64,000 nucleotides of DNA from Octopus vulgaris. Its lineage: Eukaryota. The position numbers were made by a program, and so were the translations under genes. A model generated the notes under the pieces. It saw nothing but the letters and a program-made list of their open reading frames with translations. It was not told where the DNA came from and made no database searches. The stretch lies in the NCBI GenBank assembly GCA_951406725.2, contig OX597821.1, forward strand, positions 71,486,001-71,550,000. The letters run 5' to 3'. Within the stretch, counting starts at the first letter, position 1, and every line of letters begins with the position of its first letter. This document shows, in pieces, positions 1 to 13,445 of the stretch.

Positions 1-20
1 GTGTGTGTGTGTGTGTGTAA

Positions 21-232
21 GGTGGCGACAGGCAGAATCGTTAGCAAGTCGCAGAAAAAGTGCTTAGCCGTAGACGTTCCGACGCTTTACGTTCCGACTT
101 CTTCAAGTCCCGCCGCGATCAACTTTGCCTTCCATCTCTTCGGGATCGATAAAATAAAGTACTATTCAAGTAATGGATTCAATATCATCGACTTGTCTCT
201 TCTTCCCGCAAAAGATTGCTGGCCTTGATCCC
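21..232 (+). mobile_element. Diverged tRNA-derived SINE, family A (head GGCGGCGAGCTGGCAG type)
   Basis: ggtggcgacaggcagaatcgttagc...ttcaagtcccgccgcgatcaactttgccttccatc...gatcgataaaataaagtac aligns by eye with cleaner copies at 47841 (+) and 13023 (-); A/B-box-like head. Confidence 0.8.
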
Positions 233-625
233 CACAACAAACTGGCGCCCCTTTCGGAACATTTCTTCGCATCTCGGTTACTTATACATTGTGAAAATCG
301 GGTAACCGGCCTTACGCTAGCACTTATATACACACACACACTCACACACACTCAAACACACACACACGCACACACACACGGACATACACACGCACACACA
401 CACACATACACACACATGCACTCGCGCGCTCACACACTTATTTTTCACTTCTTTCGTCTTCTTTCACTTATGTGCTCTTATTTTCATCGTAAATTTTGAA
501 CGAATCTGTGTGTCTGAACGTGAGTGATTGTGTGTGTGTGTGTGTGTGTGTGTGTTTGTGTGCATGTGTATACGTGCGTGTGTGTGTTTAGTATTTTTGT
601 TCACAGTTCTCTATAATAGTAATAA

Positions 626-649
626 TCACTCTTCTTCTTCTTCTTCTTC

Positions 650-723
<74 letters not shown>

Positions 724-778
724 GTTGACATTATTATTATTGTTGATGTTGTTGTCATTGTTATTGTTATTATTATTA
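626..778. repeat. (CTT)n/(TTA)n microsatellite
   Basis: Direct reading of trinucleotide runs. Confidence 0.97.
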
Positions 779-1144
779 AAGGTAGAATTTCGATAGCACT
801 TAACATTCATTTAAAAACCAGCATTTGTAAATACAAGTATCTCAGATGCATGAAATATGTTTCAGAAATATTGACGGAACCTGATAACAATGCCTCCAGA
901 ATGTTCAAAGAAAAACCATAACTTACTTGCAACGGACTAAATCTGCAGACAACCATTCCGAATCAAATATTTCATTTGAGGTTTTGATTTGATTTTTTTT
1001 ATGGCTTTATGATTCTAATTTCTTTACAATAGAGTTTGGGGAAATTGAATCACTTCAATTGTTGATGTATATGAGTGTGTACGTGTGTGTGTGTGTGTGT
1101 CTGCATGTGTGAGTGTGTGTTTGTGTAAATGTTTCTGTCCCTAC

Positions 1145-1219
<75 letters not shown>

Positions 1220-1388
1220 ATATATCATACATATACACGAATTTACACATACACACACACATACATCACCGCATTTTAAAGGATTAACGTATATCAAATG
1301 ACTTCTGGAATATTATATTTAAATTAGCGTGACGATCTCTTGCGCACACACACACACACACATATATATATACACGCATCACACACAC

Positions 1389-1422
<34 letters not shown>

Positions 1423-1489
1423 GATTCATGTATATATACATATATATGGTGTATATATATATGTGTGTGTATGTATATGTGTCTATACG

Positions 1490-1522
<33 letters not shown>

Positions 1523-1572
1523 TTATGTATGTATTCATGTATACATGTAAATATATATATATATATGTATAA

Positions 1573-1605
<33 letters not shown>

Positions 1606-2702
1606 TGTATGCATGCATATATGTATGTATGGGTTGTACTTTTTGTGTTTATAGATGGTGTTAGATATCAACGTTACGAACTCGTATTGTAATGGTAATC
1701 CAAATATCACTTCGATACCATTCTGGTGCGCCTGGATGAAGCAAGTGTGGCGATGGTCTTCGTAGACCCTCCCAGTCCGGTGAGACTGGTGCTTTTAGCG
1801 TTCCTTTTGAAACTCTATAAGTCGGTATTTGCAAGAAAGATATGAGCAAGGAAGGAATTTCAGAGGGACACCTTTCTGAGAAAGAAGGATTGTAGGGAAT
1901 GAAAGAAAAAGTGGAGAGTAGAGGAGTTGACATGAGCCGATTTAACTCTGAGGAACAAACGCCAAACGGATTTACATATCGTTTGAACTGGTCGTAGAAA
2001 TGGTTATCTTTATAAAAGAAGTACCTTTCGTTCACGTATTTAGTCGTAATCTCGAAAAAGAATGCGTCTTTTCTTTTTCTTCCTTTTTTTCTTTGTCCTT
2101 CGGCAAAATTGTGATGCGCAAAATATGCCGCTGCGAGGTTTGTTAATATCCGAGATTTTGACAATAGGCAACAAGTGTTTTTTTCTATTCAAACAAGTGA
2201 CACTTTTCTATTGTTATCTGAAGTTCTGCAAAGGAGTCTTTTCTCTTAACAGGCGACGTCACCGTCGGACGCGCAGGTATAGAGAACCGTTTGTAATTTC
2301 GGTTTGAACACTTCCTTCCACATTTATGTCGACTCTTTCAGTCTAAATCAGTAACTGGTTTATTTCTCCAATCATAATAAGAGAAATACCTTTTATTTGC
2401 CAACGTAGAGTTATTCAGAGCCGACATTTACAAATATACCATGAGTAATTTCGCTTACATGATCATGGCTGAAACTAACACCACCACCACCGACGAAAAC
2501 GGCTGTACAGCACCAGTAAGCTATCTGAGAAGACCTATGTAGTTCTCTCAATTTATTTGGACTCTACATCTAACCAAACCAAGATCTCCTTTGATGCTAT
2601 GAAAAAAAACCCAGTGAAGACCCTTCTATCAGATATATGAAGCAGTTAAAAAATATAAGGACGAATATCACCCCCAGAATATACATATTCATATATATAT
2701 AT

Positions 2703-2942
2703 GATCGCCATGTTGATTCGCTAGCCTCTGCACGCATTTTTTTTCTCTCCTTCTTTCTGTGATCCTTCTCTGTGTATCTTTCTGTTGAAGAGCGTAGGCT
2801 CGAAACGTTAAAGACTTGTTTTATTTATATTTCCTGAGCGCCATACTAATACAATTGTTTGTTTGTATTCCACCTGCCTTCGTTCTTTGTTTATTTCCGT
2901 AAACCTGCCTTCGTCTTTTGTCTATTTTCATAAAGCTTCCCG

Positions 2943-2943
<1 letters not shown>
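2703..2943 (+). mobile_element. ~240 bp non-coding element between two (TA)n tracts carrying a hammerhead-like motif (PLE-derived/retrozyme-like)
   Basis: Bounded by (TA)n on both sides; shares layout and downstream ttcctgagcg motif with the element at ~36800-37032 (-). Confidence 0.65.
2777..2814 (+). ncRNA. Minimal type I hammerhead-like motif with A6U core change
   Basis: tcttt-CTGTTGA-a-gagc(gtag)gctc-GAAA-cg-tt-aaaga: stems I and II pair, palindromic stem III, core CUGUUGA. Confidence 0.55.
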
Positions 2944-2991
<48 letters not shown>

Positions 2992-3474
2992 GTGTGTGTG
3001 TGTGTGTATAGATGGATACATATTTATACCCCAAAATACAAAATCACACGAACACGCATGCTCACACATGCCTGCATTATATTTGGCTGTGTTTCTTCTG
3101 TATGTCTCTATGTAGGGCGGTGGGTTGGCACATCCATTCACAGGCCCACGGTTTTGTCTCACACTTTGTGCTTTGGGAATTCAAATCTCACCAATCCCAA
3201 AATATCAATAACTCAATACACAGATTCTAGGGTTCCTTCATTTACTTATATGAGGTGTAATTCAAGAAGTTCCGAATAGGAAAACGATTTGTCTTCAGAT
3301 GAAACAAAATGCGTTTATCAGCGAGGAAAAAAAAAACTACTTCCACTGTGACAAACACAGATGTGTGTCTTCTTGTGGACAGAGGTGTAGCAGGGTGTTT
3401 GTCTGTGTATATAGTATATGTGTATATGTATATGTGTGTGTGTGCGTGAACATAAAAATATATATGTTTGTATG

Positions 3475-3505
<31 letters not shown>

Positions 3506-3588
3506 GTATATATATATATAAGTATATATATATATGAAATTAATATGTATATATATATATATATTCAGGAAAATTTATATATATATAC

Positions 3589-3623
<35 letters not shown>

Positions 3624-3725
3624 CAATCTATCATACAATTTTAAGTATATATATATATGTTATACATATGTATATATATAAGTATATATATTGAATTTTA
3701 GATATATGTATGTATGTGTATATAC

Positions 3726-3793
<68 letters not shown>

Positions 3794-3839
3794 ACATATG
3801 TATATATATATATATATCTATATATGTATGTATGTGTAT

Positions 3840-3886
<47 letters not shown>

Positions 3887-3889
<3 letters not shown>

Positions 3890-4018
3890 GGTTTTGTCAG
3901 TGAACAGGTCGCGGTCTCAAAGCGACGAAAATATTTTGACAAATTAAATTTAAATGTTGACGTGAATCTAACGGCTTTGTGTGTTTCTTAAATGGCTTAT
4001 AAACACCTTCCACGCTGC

Positions 4019-4021
<3 letters not shown>
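3887..4021 (+). mobile_element. ~135 bp element inserted in (TA)n carrying a hammerhead
   Basis: Unique sequence flanked by long (TA)n on both sides; contains the 3893-3943 fold. Confidence 0.6.
3893..3943 (+). ncRNA. Minimal type I hammerhead ribozyme, G3-C8 core variant
   Basis: tttgtca-GTGAACA-g-gtcgc(ggtctcaaa)gcgac-GAAA-atat-tt-tgacaaa: perfect 7-bp stem I, 5-bp stem II, palindromic stem III, compensatory G3/C8. Confidence 0.75.
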
Positions 4022-4076
<55 letters not shown>

Positions 4077-4865
4077 AGCGAGGTGGATAAATGTTTGTGT
4101 ATGTTATTCAGTGTGTATATAGCTGTGCGTGTGTGTGTGTGTGTATCTGGTATCTGCGCACGTGTATATGTGTACACACTTATTCCCTTTTTTTTTTTCT
4201 CATTTCGCATTCAATACTTTTAGCTTCCTGAAATCCGTGGCATGATTCTCCAACTTCTCTCTATGATTTAACTTTCGTTTTATCAAATGCCTTCACTTCG
4301 CAAATGTTTGTATGCATTAGCATCGCATTCCTCACTGATCGCCTACAATTGATGTGAAAGACCTCCCAGTTTTTGGCCTGCTACACTCTTACTTTAAGCA
4401 CATACATCTGTCAAAGATACGTCTGTTAAGAAATAAAATTTGCACCAACACAGATCATGTTCCACACAAGTTTAATCTTCTTTAAACAAACAAGTAAAAG
4501 CCAAAAAGAATAATAAATAAAAACCAGGCGAATTTCTTTTAGATTATCCTCAACTGGATAATACAGCATTCGATGTAAGATATCTGAAACCAAAAAAACA
4601 GAAAGATTAGAAATTATTGGTCTGTTGACAGTGTTTCGTTTCAACGCTTGACAATTAACTACAGAACATGTGTCTATGGAAGTTTAGCCAACACTTTATG
4701 TAGAGACATCTAAACAAATTGTCTTTAATACAGTATTTATTCGGCAGTAAAAGAGGGAACACCCGGGCAAGTTTCAACCCCGTTTTGGGATATCGTCAGA
4801 ACTGACTACTCCCTATAAAGTCATTATCACTAAGGATCTCATTTGACTTAAGCCAGTATATATAA

Positions 4866-5258
4866 CTTTTATCTTTTATTTGCTTCAGTCATTTGACTGC
4901 GGCCAAGCTGGGGTACTGCCTTGAAGAATTTTAGCCGAACGAATCGACTCCAGTACATTTTTAAAAATCTGGTATTTACTCTATCGGTCTCTTTTCCCGA
5001 AACTTTAAGTTACAGGGACGTAAACATAACAACATCAGTTGTCAAGTAAGCAGTGTGGAAGAAGACGAACACACACACACACACATATATATATGTGACG
5101 GGCTTCTTTCAGTTTCCGTCTGCTAATCGACTGATAATGCTTTGGTTAGCACGAGTTAATGGTAGAAGATTCATGCCTAAGGTGCACTATAGTGGAATTG
5201 AACCCGGAACCACAATGTTGGGAAACAACCTTCTTATCACACAGCTATGCCTACACCT
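4866..5258 (-). mobile_element. tRNA-derived CORE-type SINE, family B (diverged)
   Basis: Reverse complement matches copies at 36059 and 62455 (gacggaaactgaaagaagcccgtc, gtttacgtccctgtaac, cagtcaaatgactgaa). Confidence 0.85.
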
Positions 5259-5352
5259 ATCGATATAACCACATTTTTACCTGCTAATTCAGTAATGAAA
5301 TTGATGCTTTAAAAGTGCTTCTTTGTTTAAGGGCCATACTGTGCTACAGAAT

Positions 5353-5935
5353 CCTTTCTACTCTAGGCACAGGGCCTGAAATTTAGGAGTAGGCGGAGGC
5401 AGTCGATTACATCGACGCCAGTATGCAACTGGTATTTAATTTATTGACCCCCGAGAGGATGAAAAGCAAAGTTGATCTCGGCGGAATTTGAACTCAGAAC
5501 GTAGCGACGGGCGAAATACCTATTTCTTTACTACCCACAAGGAGCTAAACACAGAGGAGACAAACAAGGACAGACAAACGGACTATGTCGATTATATCGA
5601 CCCCTGTGCGTAACTGGTACTTATTTAATCGACCCCAAAAGGATGAAAGGCAAAGTTGACCTCGGCGGAATTTGAAATCAGAACGTAAAGAAAAACGAAA
5701 TACCTATTTCTTTATTACCCACAAGGGACTAAACACAGAGGGGACAAACAAAGACAGACATAGGTATTAAGTCGATTACATCGACCCCAATGCCTAACTG
5801 GTACTTAATTTATCGACCCCGAAAGGATGAAAGGCAAAGTCGACCTCGGCGGAATTTGAACTCACAACGTAACGCAGACGAAATACCGCTAAGCATTCGC
5901 CCGGCGTGCTAACGTTTCTGCCAGGTCGCCGCCTT
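5353..5935 (-). mobile_element. Family A SINE trimer (one head plus three tandem ~183 bp bodies) with 15-bp TSD
   Basis: Three copies of aaaggcaaagt(c/t)gacctcggcggaatttgaa-type body; TSD actgtgctacagaat at 5338-5352 and 5937-5951. Confidence 0.92.
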
Positions 5936-6386
5936 CACTGTGCTACAGAATACATTCATAGGCTTTAGCTGTCACTCTATATCTAGAGGGACACGCTGTG
6001 TGCTGTGTGCTGAGTGCTGTGTGCTGAGTGCTGTGTGCTGTATGCATTGAGGGATTGTCTTTATATTCGCTGTTTTGGCTGTCTTGGCAGAAAAAGATCA
6101 GCTGATCTACGAATATATACTTTATAAAAATAACATTAAATTCTTTAAGTATTGTATAAATAATGATCCCCTCCTCAAAAAAAAAACAAAAAAAACAAAA
6201 CAAAAGCAGAACGTTTAAATAAACTAACTGTACAACCTAAATGGGGGTGAAATTGAGTTGATCATTCATGTTTACTAGTTTATCCATTATTATTCTGATA
6301 AAACACTCATACGAAAATATGTTGTACAATGATTAATGCACACGTCTGTGCATACATGCAGGTGTACAGGGATATACGTATATACG

Positions 6387-6426
<40 letters not shown>

Positions 6427-6494
6427 ACACATAAACATAACATATATGCATGTCTGAATGTACGTATATACATACATACGCGAGTGATTGTGTA

Positions 6495-6551
<57 letters not shown>

Positions 6552-6808
6552 CATACGTTAAAGGGTTGACAAGAATTTTGTGTCTAGCATGGAAATCATT
6601 GAGAAGCTGGCATATAATCTCAGTTCGAGATTGCAGACTGTAACGACGCCAAAGGATCGGCACGGTGGATGTTGCTCCAGGATGAAGGGTGAAATAGGGT
6701 AAGCACTTACTGTGATGTATTTTTTAAGGGACTGAATAAAGATGGGAAATCATGCCGTCAAAATACTTTCATGCTTCGACTGACTGACGTGAGAATTCAT
6801 CACCGCCT

Positions 6809-6862
<54 letters not shown>

Positions 6863-7232
6863 ACACACAACACATACACACACACGGATCTATCAATACA
6901 TTAGAAGCACCAAACAGATACAGATACAGACTGTATATGTATATATATATATATATATACACACACACATATATATATATATATATACATACATACATAC
7001 ATATATACTACATATACATATAATACATACATGCATATATATATACACACACATATATATATATATGTATATGTATATATACATATATATATATGCATAT
7101 ATACATATATAATGTACTTATACATATATATATGTATATATACATAGGTATATATATTCATGTATATAATATACTCCTACACATATACATTCATATTTCT
7201 CTATTTTCCCTCTTTTTCTCTCTTTCTCTATA

Positions 7233-7406
<174 letters not shown>

Positions 7407-7803
7407 AAGATGATTACATTTCTGAAAGCATCCCATGTACCCGTATTCCATCCGAATGCCGTAGAGCGTGTGTGTGTGATTAGTTTGGCGGACGAAAATA
7501 GCATCTTGTCATGTGAATGTGTAACACACATCCTGTAAGTTATTCAGAGCCAATGAACATGTCTTGAATAACTCTCATTGTGAATCTTAACATTGTTTTC
7601 TAAAATATCCACTTCCTCTCTCCCTCTTTCTCTTCCACACACACACGCATACATATGCATATATATATATACATACATATACGCCCGCATAAATATGTGT
7701 GTGTATGTGGTTGTACGTACGTATATGTATCTATGTGTATACATATATATATATATATAGATAGATAGATAGATAGATGCATATACATGTATATATGTGT
7801 GTA

Positions 7804-7849
<46 letters not shown>

Positions 7850-7894
7850 TGTGTATGTGCGTGCATAAATATGCTTATATACATATCTACATTT

Positions 7895-7969
<75 letters not shown>

Positions 7970-7970
7970 G

Positions 7971-8004
<34 letters not shown>

Positions 8005-8645
8005 CATACATATATATATGTATATATATATATATTTATATATATGTATATATGTATATATATATATATACATACATACACATATAGGGAGGAAAAGAGT
8101 GTGAGTGAAGGGGCCAGTAGACACGGGAGAGAGGTGTGGGTACCTATTTTCTCGTACATAAACACATAAAAATGCTTCGACGAGGCCAAAGACAAAGATT
8201 GCGTCCATATTTGCAAGTCTTCTCATTCCTCCGGTCGACACTAATGGCTGCTACTTGAAAGACCGTGATAATCCATTAAGAATAATCTGCCAAAGTACAG
8301 CATGTCAACTGAGGTGGCCTTTTCCGTTGATGTTCTTGGGAAATGCCTCGTGTTCTTAGCTTGATTTCAACGAAGCAACACGAAGAGCACATAATTACAG
8401 CTTGTCTTCGAGTTTCTCCAGTAATTTTCGACCTTCTTCTGGGTAATTGTTTTCTCTCTGTTTACGTTAATATGCTTCAAGAGATATTGTTTAGAAGTCA
8501 TTAGACCTTATTACGTGACACATGGAACTCGGGTTTCTCCAAATAATTTCTCCAACTCATCGTTGTCGTCGTTAAACTATAAAGTAACGATTCCCGTCAT
8601 GAATATTTCTTTCTTGTTCACAATTTTCTCCCATCCATCTCTCTC

Positions 8646-8734
<89 letters not shown>

Positions 8735-8897
8735 ATCTATCTATTTATCTAGCTACCTGTTTGGCTCTCTATGTGTGCAATTATCTGTACTAACACACAC
8801 ACACGCATACATACACATACACACACATGCATACGCACAAAAATATATTCATATATACATATATGTATGTATATGTATATATATATGTATGTATATA

Positions 8898-8954
<57 letters not shown>

Positions 8955-9529
8955 CATATATATATATATATATATTCACATACATGTGTATACGTATGAA
9001 AAGTAAGAAGAAAATGGTTTCAAATGCGCTAAATTTATATATGTTCTATTTATTTCTGTGAACACGAAAGGTTTTTGTTAACATAGGATGTAAATATTTC
9101 TATGTTTATTTTCATAAAGATAAAAAGTTATGTCTTCACATAACAAATGTTTTCACATAATAGTTTTACTGTGAAAATATTAGTGATGTTTTCACATGTT
9201 GCATCACATTTTGCTGAAAAGTTTTCGCTATCGATCAGCTTATGAAAGTTTCAAGCACGTTCTTCGATGTAGCATCTTTATAACGCACACACACGCGCGC
9301 GCGTGCGTCGTTGCACTGTACACAGAACATTATACCTTATATGGAAACACTGTACGTATTACATTGTTCACTGAGCGCTACTCCGTACATCACCAATGCA
9401 TTTCTAATGGAATAACGATGTCTTACATGGACGGAGATTGGAAAATGATTTTATTATTGATGTGACTTCCTTTGAAATCGTTCTTTTATTTTACTAAAAC
9501 TTCCGGATAGAAGAAACGCTACTACGAGG

Positions 9530-9720
9530 TGGTGACTCTACTTCCTAGAAATAGCAGTCACTTGTCCCTCATATCACACTCTAATGTCATGAAAAAAGTC
9601 ATTATAATTTAGATATTGTAGTTCTATATGCAGAATGACTAATAAAAGGAGATGGTCACGGCTGGGATTCCTTTGTTCATATATTTGTTCACTCGGGGTC
9701 AATCTGAATTTAAAGAACAG
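9530..9720 (+). mobile_element. Diverged SINE-like repeat, family E (3' part)
   Basis: gatggtcacggctgggattcctttg...ggggtcaatct; reverse-complement similarity to 13325-13445, weaker similarity to 16655-16825. Confidence 0.5.
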
Positions 9721-9919
9721 AAGCTAATTCAAGTATTTTACTGACTTCAATGATGAAAATTAAACGCTTTACTTGGCAGGATTTGAACTCAGAACGTAAA
9801 GGCATGCCAGGTGTTTTATCTAGTTTTAACCATTTCGTCATCTATCGGGCTTCTCATGCTTCTAATTATAACTGAAAAAGAACAGAACACCAAGGATATC
9901 ACAGCAACTAATTATTCCT

Positions 9920-10200
9920 ATCTTCATTGCTTTGATTAACAGTCTACTCTAGCGCCCTCTATCGAGCCCTTTAAACGTGTCACCTGCTTCTCTTCCCAGA
10001 TGCATGTTCTCTGTTGAGGTTCCTCTTAGTCATGCGTCGCTTTATTTTAACAGGTTCTGTCCTCAAACTGTTGCTCTCTGGAACTCACTTCCATCTCATT
10101 TCGCCCTGCTCTATCGAATTCAGTCCTTTAAGTTTTCTATCAATCGACATCATTCGGATATGTAGTCTTCTTAACCTTTTCTACGGTGGCCCCAAGCTCT
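9920..10200 (+). mobile_element. 3' fragment of a CR1/Jockey-group LINE ORF2
   Basis: Translation VEVPLSHASLYFNRFCPQTVALWNSLPSHF...SFK..INRH resembles the 'SF.P.T..LWNSLP' C-terminal motif of these LINEs. Confidence 0.65.
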
Positions 10201-10997
10201 CTTTTGGACAAAATCGTATGAAAAATATGATTACATTAATTATAACTAGAAATATACGAATCATCTTTAATAGTAAAAGCAACTCATTAAAATTTAAGTA
10301 GTGTACAGAGTTCTAGAAAATATGATCCTGGAAGGGAGGTGTCGAGGGTAGTCAAAGACAGTCAAAGAACGCAATGGATGGACAATAGCACAAGAGTGGT
10401 AAGACAGATGGAGAACTCGCGCTTAATGAGGAATATTTTCGTTATAGCGTCCTCAATGCGCTGCTGGTGGACCATACATGGCATCGATGACAACGAGTTC
10501 TGTTAAACATTTTCAATAGATAATATTCTGATATTAAGACTTTCCAAGATCTGTTTGCCATGTGTTAAATCAATTAACCGCCTGCCAGAACTTTTTAACT
10601 ACTTATTTATTTAAAGAAATTAAAACCAAACCAACACGGCCGACAGCAGTAATCGTCGTACTGCAGTCATTAATGTTTATCTTGTCATAAATCAGGAGTT
10701 TCGTCGTAAACAAATGAAGTTGAAATACCTCGGGGTATTTTAGATTTATTTATAAAGTTCCTTTATGTTCGTATGCGATAGAGGAATAGCAGACTTTTGT
10801 TTAGGAATTATGTTCGGCTTGCTGGTCTGTATTTTCACTTTGGTAACATTCTTAGGAATAAAATCGGCCAATAAATCAACAGCGGCTTTAAGAGTGCTTG
10901 GGAAACCTTGACAGGGACACATTTCAATTACATAAATTGAGAGGTCTACGAAGATGATTAACCGCTGGACCATTTCATAAACTGATGCAAAAAATAC

Positions 10998-11251
<254 letters not shown>

Positions 11252-11305
11252 CCCGGACGAACCCCCCAATGCCCTGATGCAGTAGCAATGCCCTGATGCT
11301 GTAGC

Positions 11306-11861
11306 AATACCCTGATGCAGTACCAGACAGTGGCTCTCATGGCTTCTGATCTCAACTGATTGGAAGTGTTATCATGTACATTGTTTTGTCTTGGTATAAA
11401 AGATGGGCTACAGCAAATATTCTGCTCAATACCACAGATTTGCTTGTCTGCTGTTTGACCTTAACCAGTTGAGCATGTCCCTTAGTGGCTGACGATATGT
11501 GCATCCCTGACCACGAGCAGAAGTAGTTGGGGAGCATCATAAACTTGTGTTGAAAGGAAGTCTCGGAGTTTTGGATAATTCACCTTTGGAAACATGGGTG
11601 GTTCATTCAACATCCTTAAACAATTCTTATTCAGGGACCTTTTGAACTGGATGGGTTACTCGACCAGAAGAAATTCTAACTGGGCCCCACCTGCAAGGTC
11701 ATGCGCTGTATATCTTGATATGAGATCACCATGTCGCGCACATACGGTTGCGATGCTTGTGCCTGGTGTACCCTTATCAGACAGGTGATCATGATGGGTA
11801 TACTGGGCTTCGTATATTTTACCCCAGTGTCACTTTGATGCCATGCACTGCTCTCTCACTC
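11306..11861. mobile_element. ~555 bp non-coding interspersed repeat in (AAT)n context, copy 1
   Basis: Near-identical to 19487-20041 with the same two ends (taccctgatgcagtacca ... ctctctcactc+aat); 19-bp left-end motif triplicated at 11268-11324. Confidence 0.9.
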
Positions 11862-11886
11862 AATAATAATAATAATAATGATAATA

Positions 11887-11927
<41 letters not shown>

Positions 11928-12539
11928 AATAATAATAATAATAATAAAGAGAAAGAACGGCGAACAGATAATCATAAATACTATGAAATAGTTGATAAAT
12001 GATACATCAATAATAATTATAATTACGGTTATAACTACGAAAGAAACAGCAAGAGATGTCTGTAGGCGGTGTTCAGTTAAAAAGTAAATGCTGAAAAAAC
12101 AAAACCAACCAAAAGAGGAAGAACGGTGGACACATAATCGTAAATAGTATGAAATACTTAATTTATGATCTACATACACTACTAAGCAACACCCCACAAA
12201 AAACATGCAAGAATAAACGCAAACTGTAAACACCTAACAAAATTAACAAAGACCACAACATGTGCCATTGAAGGCCGATACCCGATAGAAGAACACGAAC
12301 TGCGCTGCACAAAAAACACACAATACAGAAACAATTACAACAGAAGACTCAAACCAAACCCCATAACAAAACATACTGATACAATACAATATCCATCCCC
12401 TACCAGCAGAAAAATGCAGCATATGCCACCCCACCAGCACAAAGGTGCAACAGAAATAATAGTGGTTATGACGATGGTGACAAACTTTACCTTATCTCAG
12501 GGTTTGAGAGACAGGAGTTTCCGAAGAAACTGTGGTTGC

Positions 12540-12830
12540 TTCAGCGAAAATGAAGTGGATCAGAAGGGTGAGAAAGCTAGCGAAGTCAAAGATAAACGGT
12601 TCGAATCTAATTAAGGCAGTAAATACTTGGGCGATATCATTACTTAGATACTCAGCAGCTTTTGTAGATTGGACAAAAACTGAATTAGCAAAGCTAGGAA
12701 GAACTAGGGAGGAATTCAATATGAATGGAGGACTCCACCCAAGGGCAGGAGTAGCAAGATTATACATACCTGGAAAGGATGGTGGAAGAGTGTTAATATC
12801 AGTAGAAGACTGCTTGGAGAACAAAGATGT
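12540..12830 (+). mobile_element. R4/Dong-clade LINE fragment (RT C-terminal/thumb region)
   Basis: IRRVRKLAKSKINGSNLIKAVNTWAISLLRYSAAFVDWTKTEL...LHPRAGVARLYIPGKDGGRVLISVEDC matches the R4-clade pattern. Confidence 0.85.
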
Positions 12831-13022
12831 GGTATGAGAAAACCTCAGAATGAGTCACCGAGAATGAAGATTGCAAAATGGATTGCAACATCTATCAGAG
12901 CAGCCCATATTTTGTCACTTAATTTTTTAGAAAGTTTTGAGGGAAGAGGGCAAAATTGGAATCAAGGATGCACAAATTAGTTTTCTATTTATTTTTTGGC
13001 AAAGGTAAGAGGATGTATTTAC

Positions 13023-13238
13023 AATCCTTTCTACTATAGGCACAAGGCTTGAAATTTGGGGTGGGGGAAGATAATCGATTACATCGACCCCCAGTGCGTG
13101 ACTGGTACTTAATCTATCGATCCCGAAAGGATGAAAGGCAAAGTTGACCTCTGCGGAATTTGAGCACAATGTAGCGGCAGACAAAATGCCGGTAAGCATT
13201 TCGCCCAGCGTGCTAACGATTCTGCCAGCTCACCGCCT
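13023..13238 (-). mobile_element. Family A tRNA-derived SINE, full length
   Basis: aatcctttctactataggcacaaggc...gaaaggatgaaaggcaaagttgacc...ctgccagctcaccgcc. Confidence 0.92.
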
Positions 13239-13324
13239 TCAGATATTTATAATGAAGCAGGGTTAACAAAAGACGAGGAAACATAATAATGACAGATTAT
13301 GTTCGCTCGTTATTATATTTGCAG

Positions 13325-13445
13325 TTGTTTAACCCTAAGTGAGTCCTGATAGACTAGACTTACGATGAAAGGCATTCAAGCTGTGGCGATCCCGTCTTTT
13401 TTCCTAATGTGCATGAGACCCAAGAGTGCATTATACAACGTGTCG
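13325..13445 (-). mobile_element. Family E SINE-like 3' fragment
   Basis: gttgtttaaccctaagtgagtcctgat...cattcaagctgtggcgatcccgtc is reverse-complementary in style to 9650-9720. Confidence 0.45.

Noticed and set aside
2062-2307. ORF with signal-peptide-like MRLFFFFLFFFV
   Set aside because: Hydrophobic run comes from a poly-T tract; no other support
3249-3290. Mariner-TIR-like tatgaggtgtaattcaagaagttcc
   Set aside because: No partner TIR or transposase nearby
4771-4799. Minus-strand CTGACGA-t-atccc(aaaac)ggggt-t-GAAAC hammerhead-like core
   Set aside because: No supportable stem I/III or UH site; may be a decayed copy but not callable
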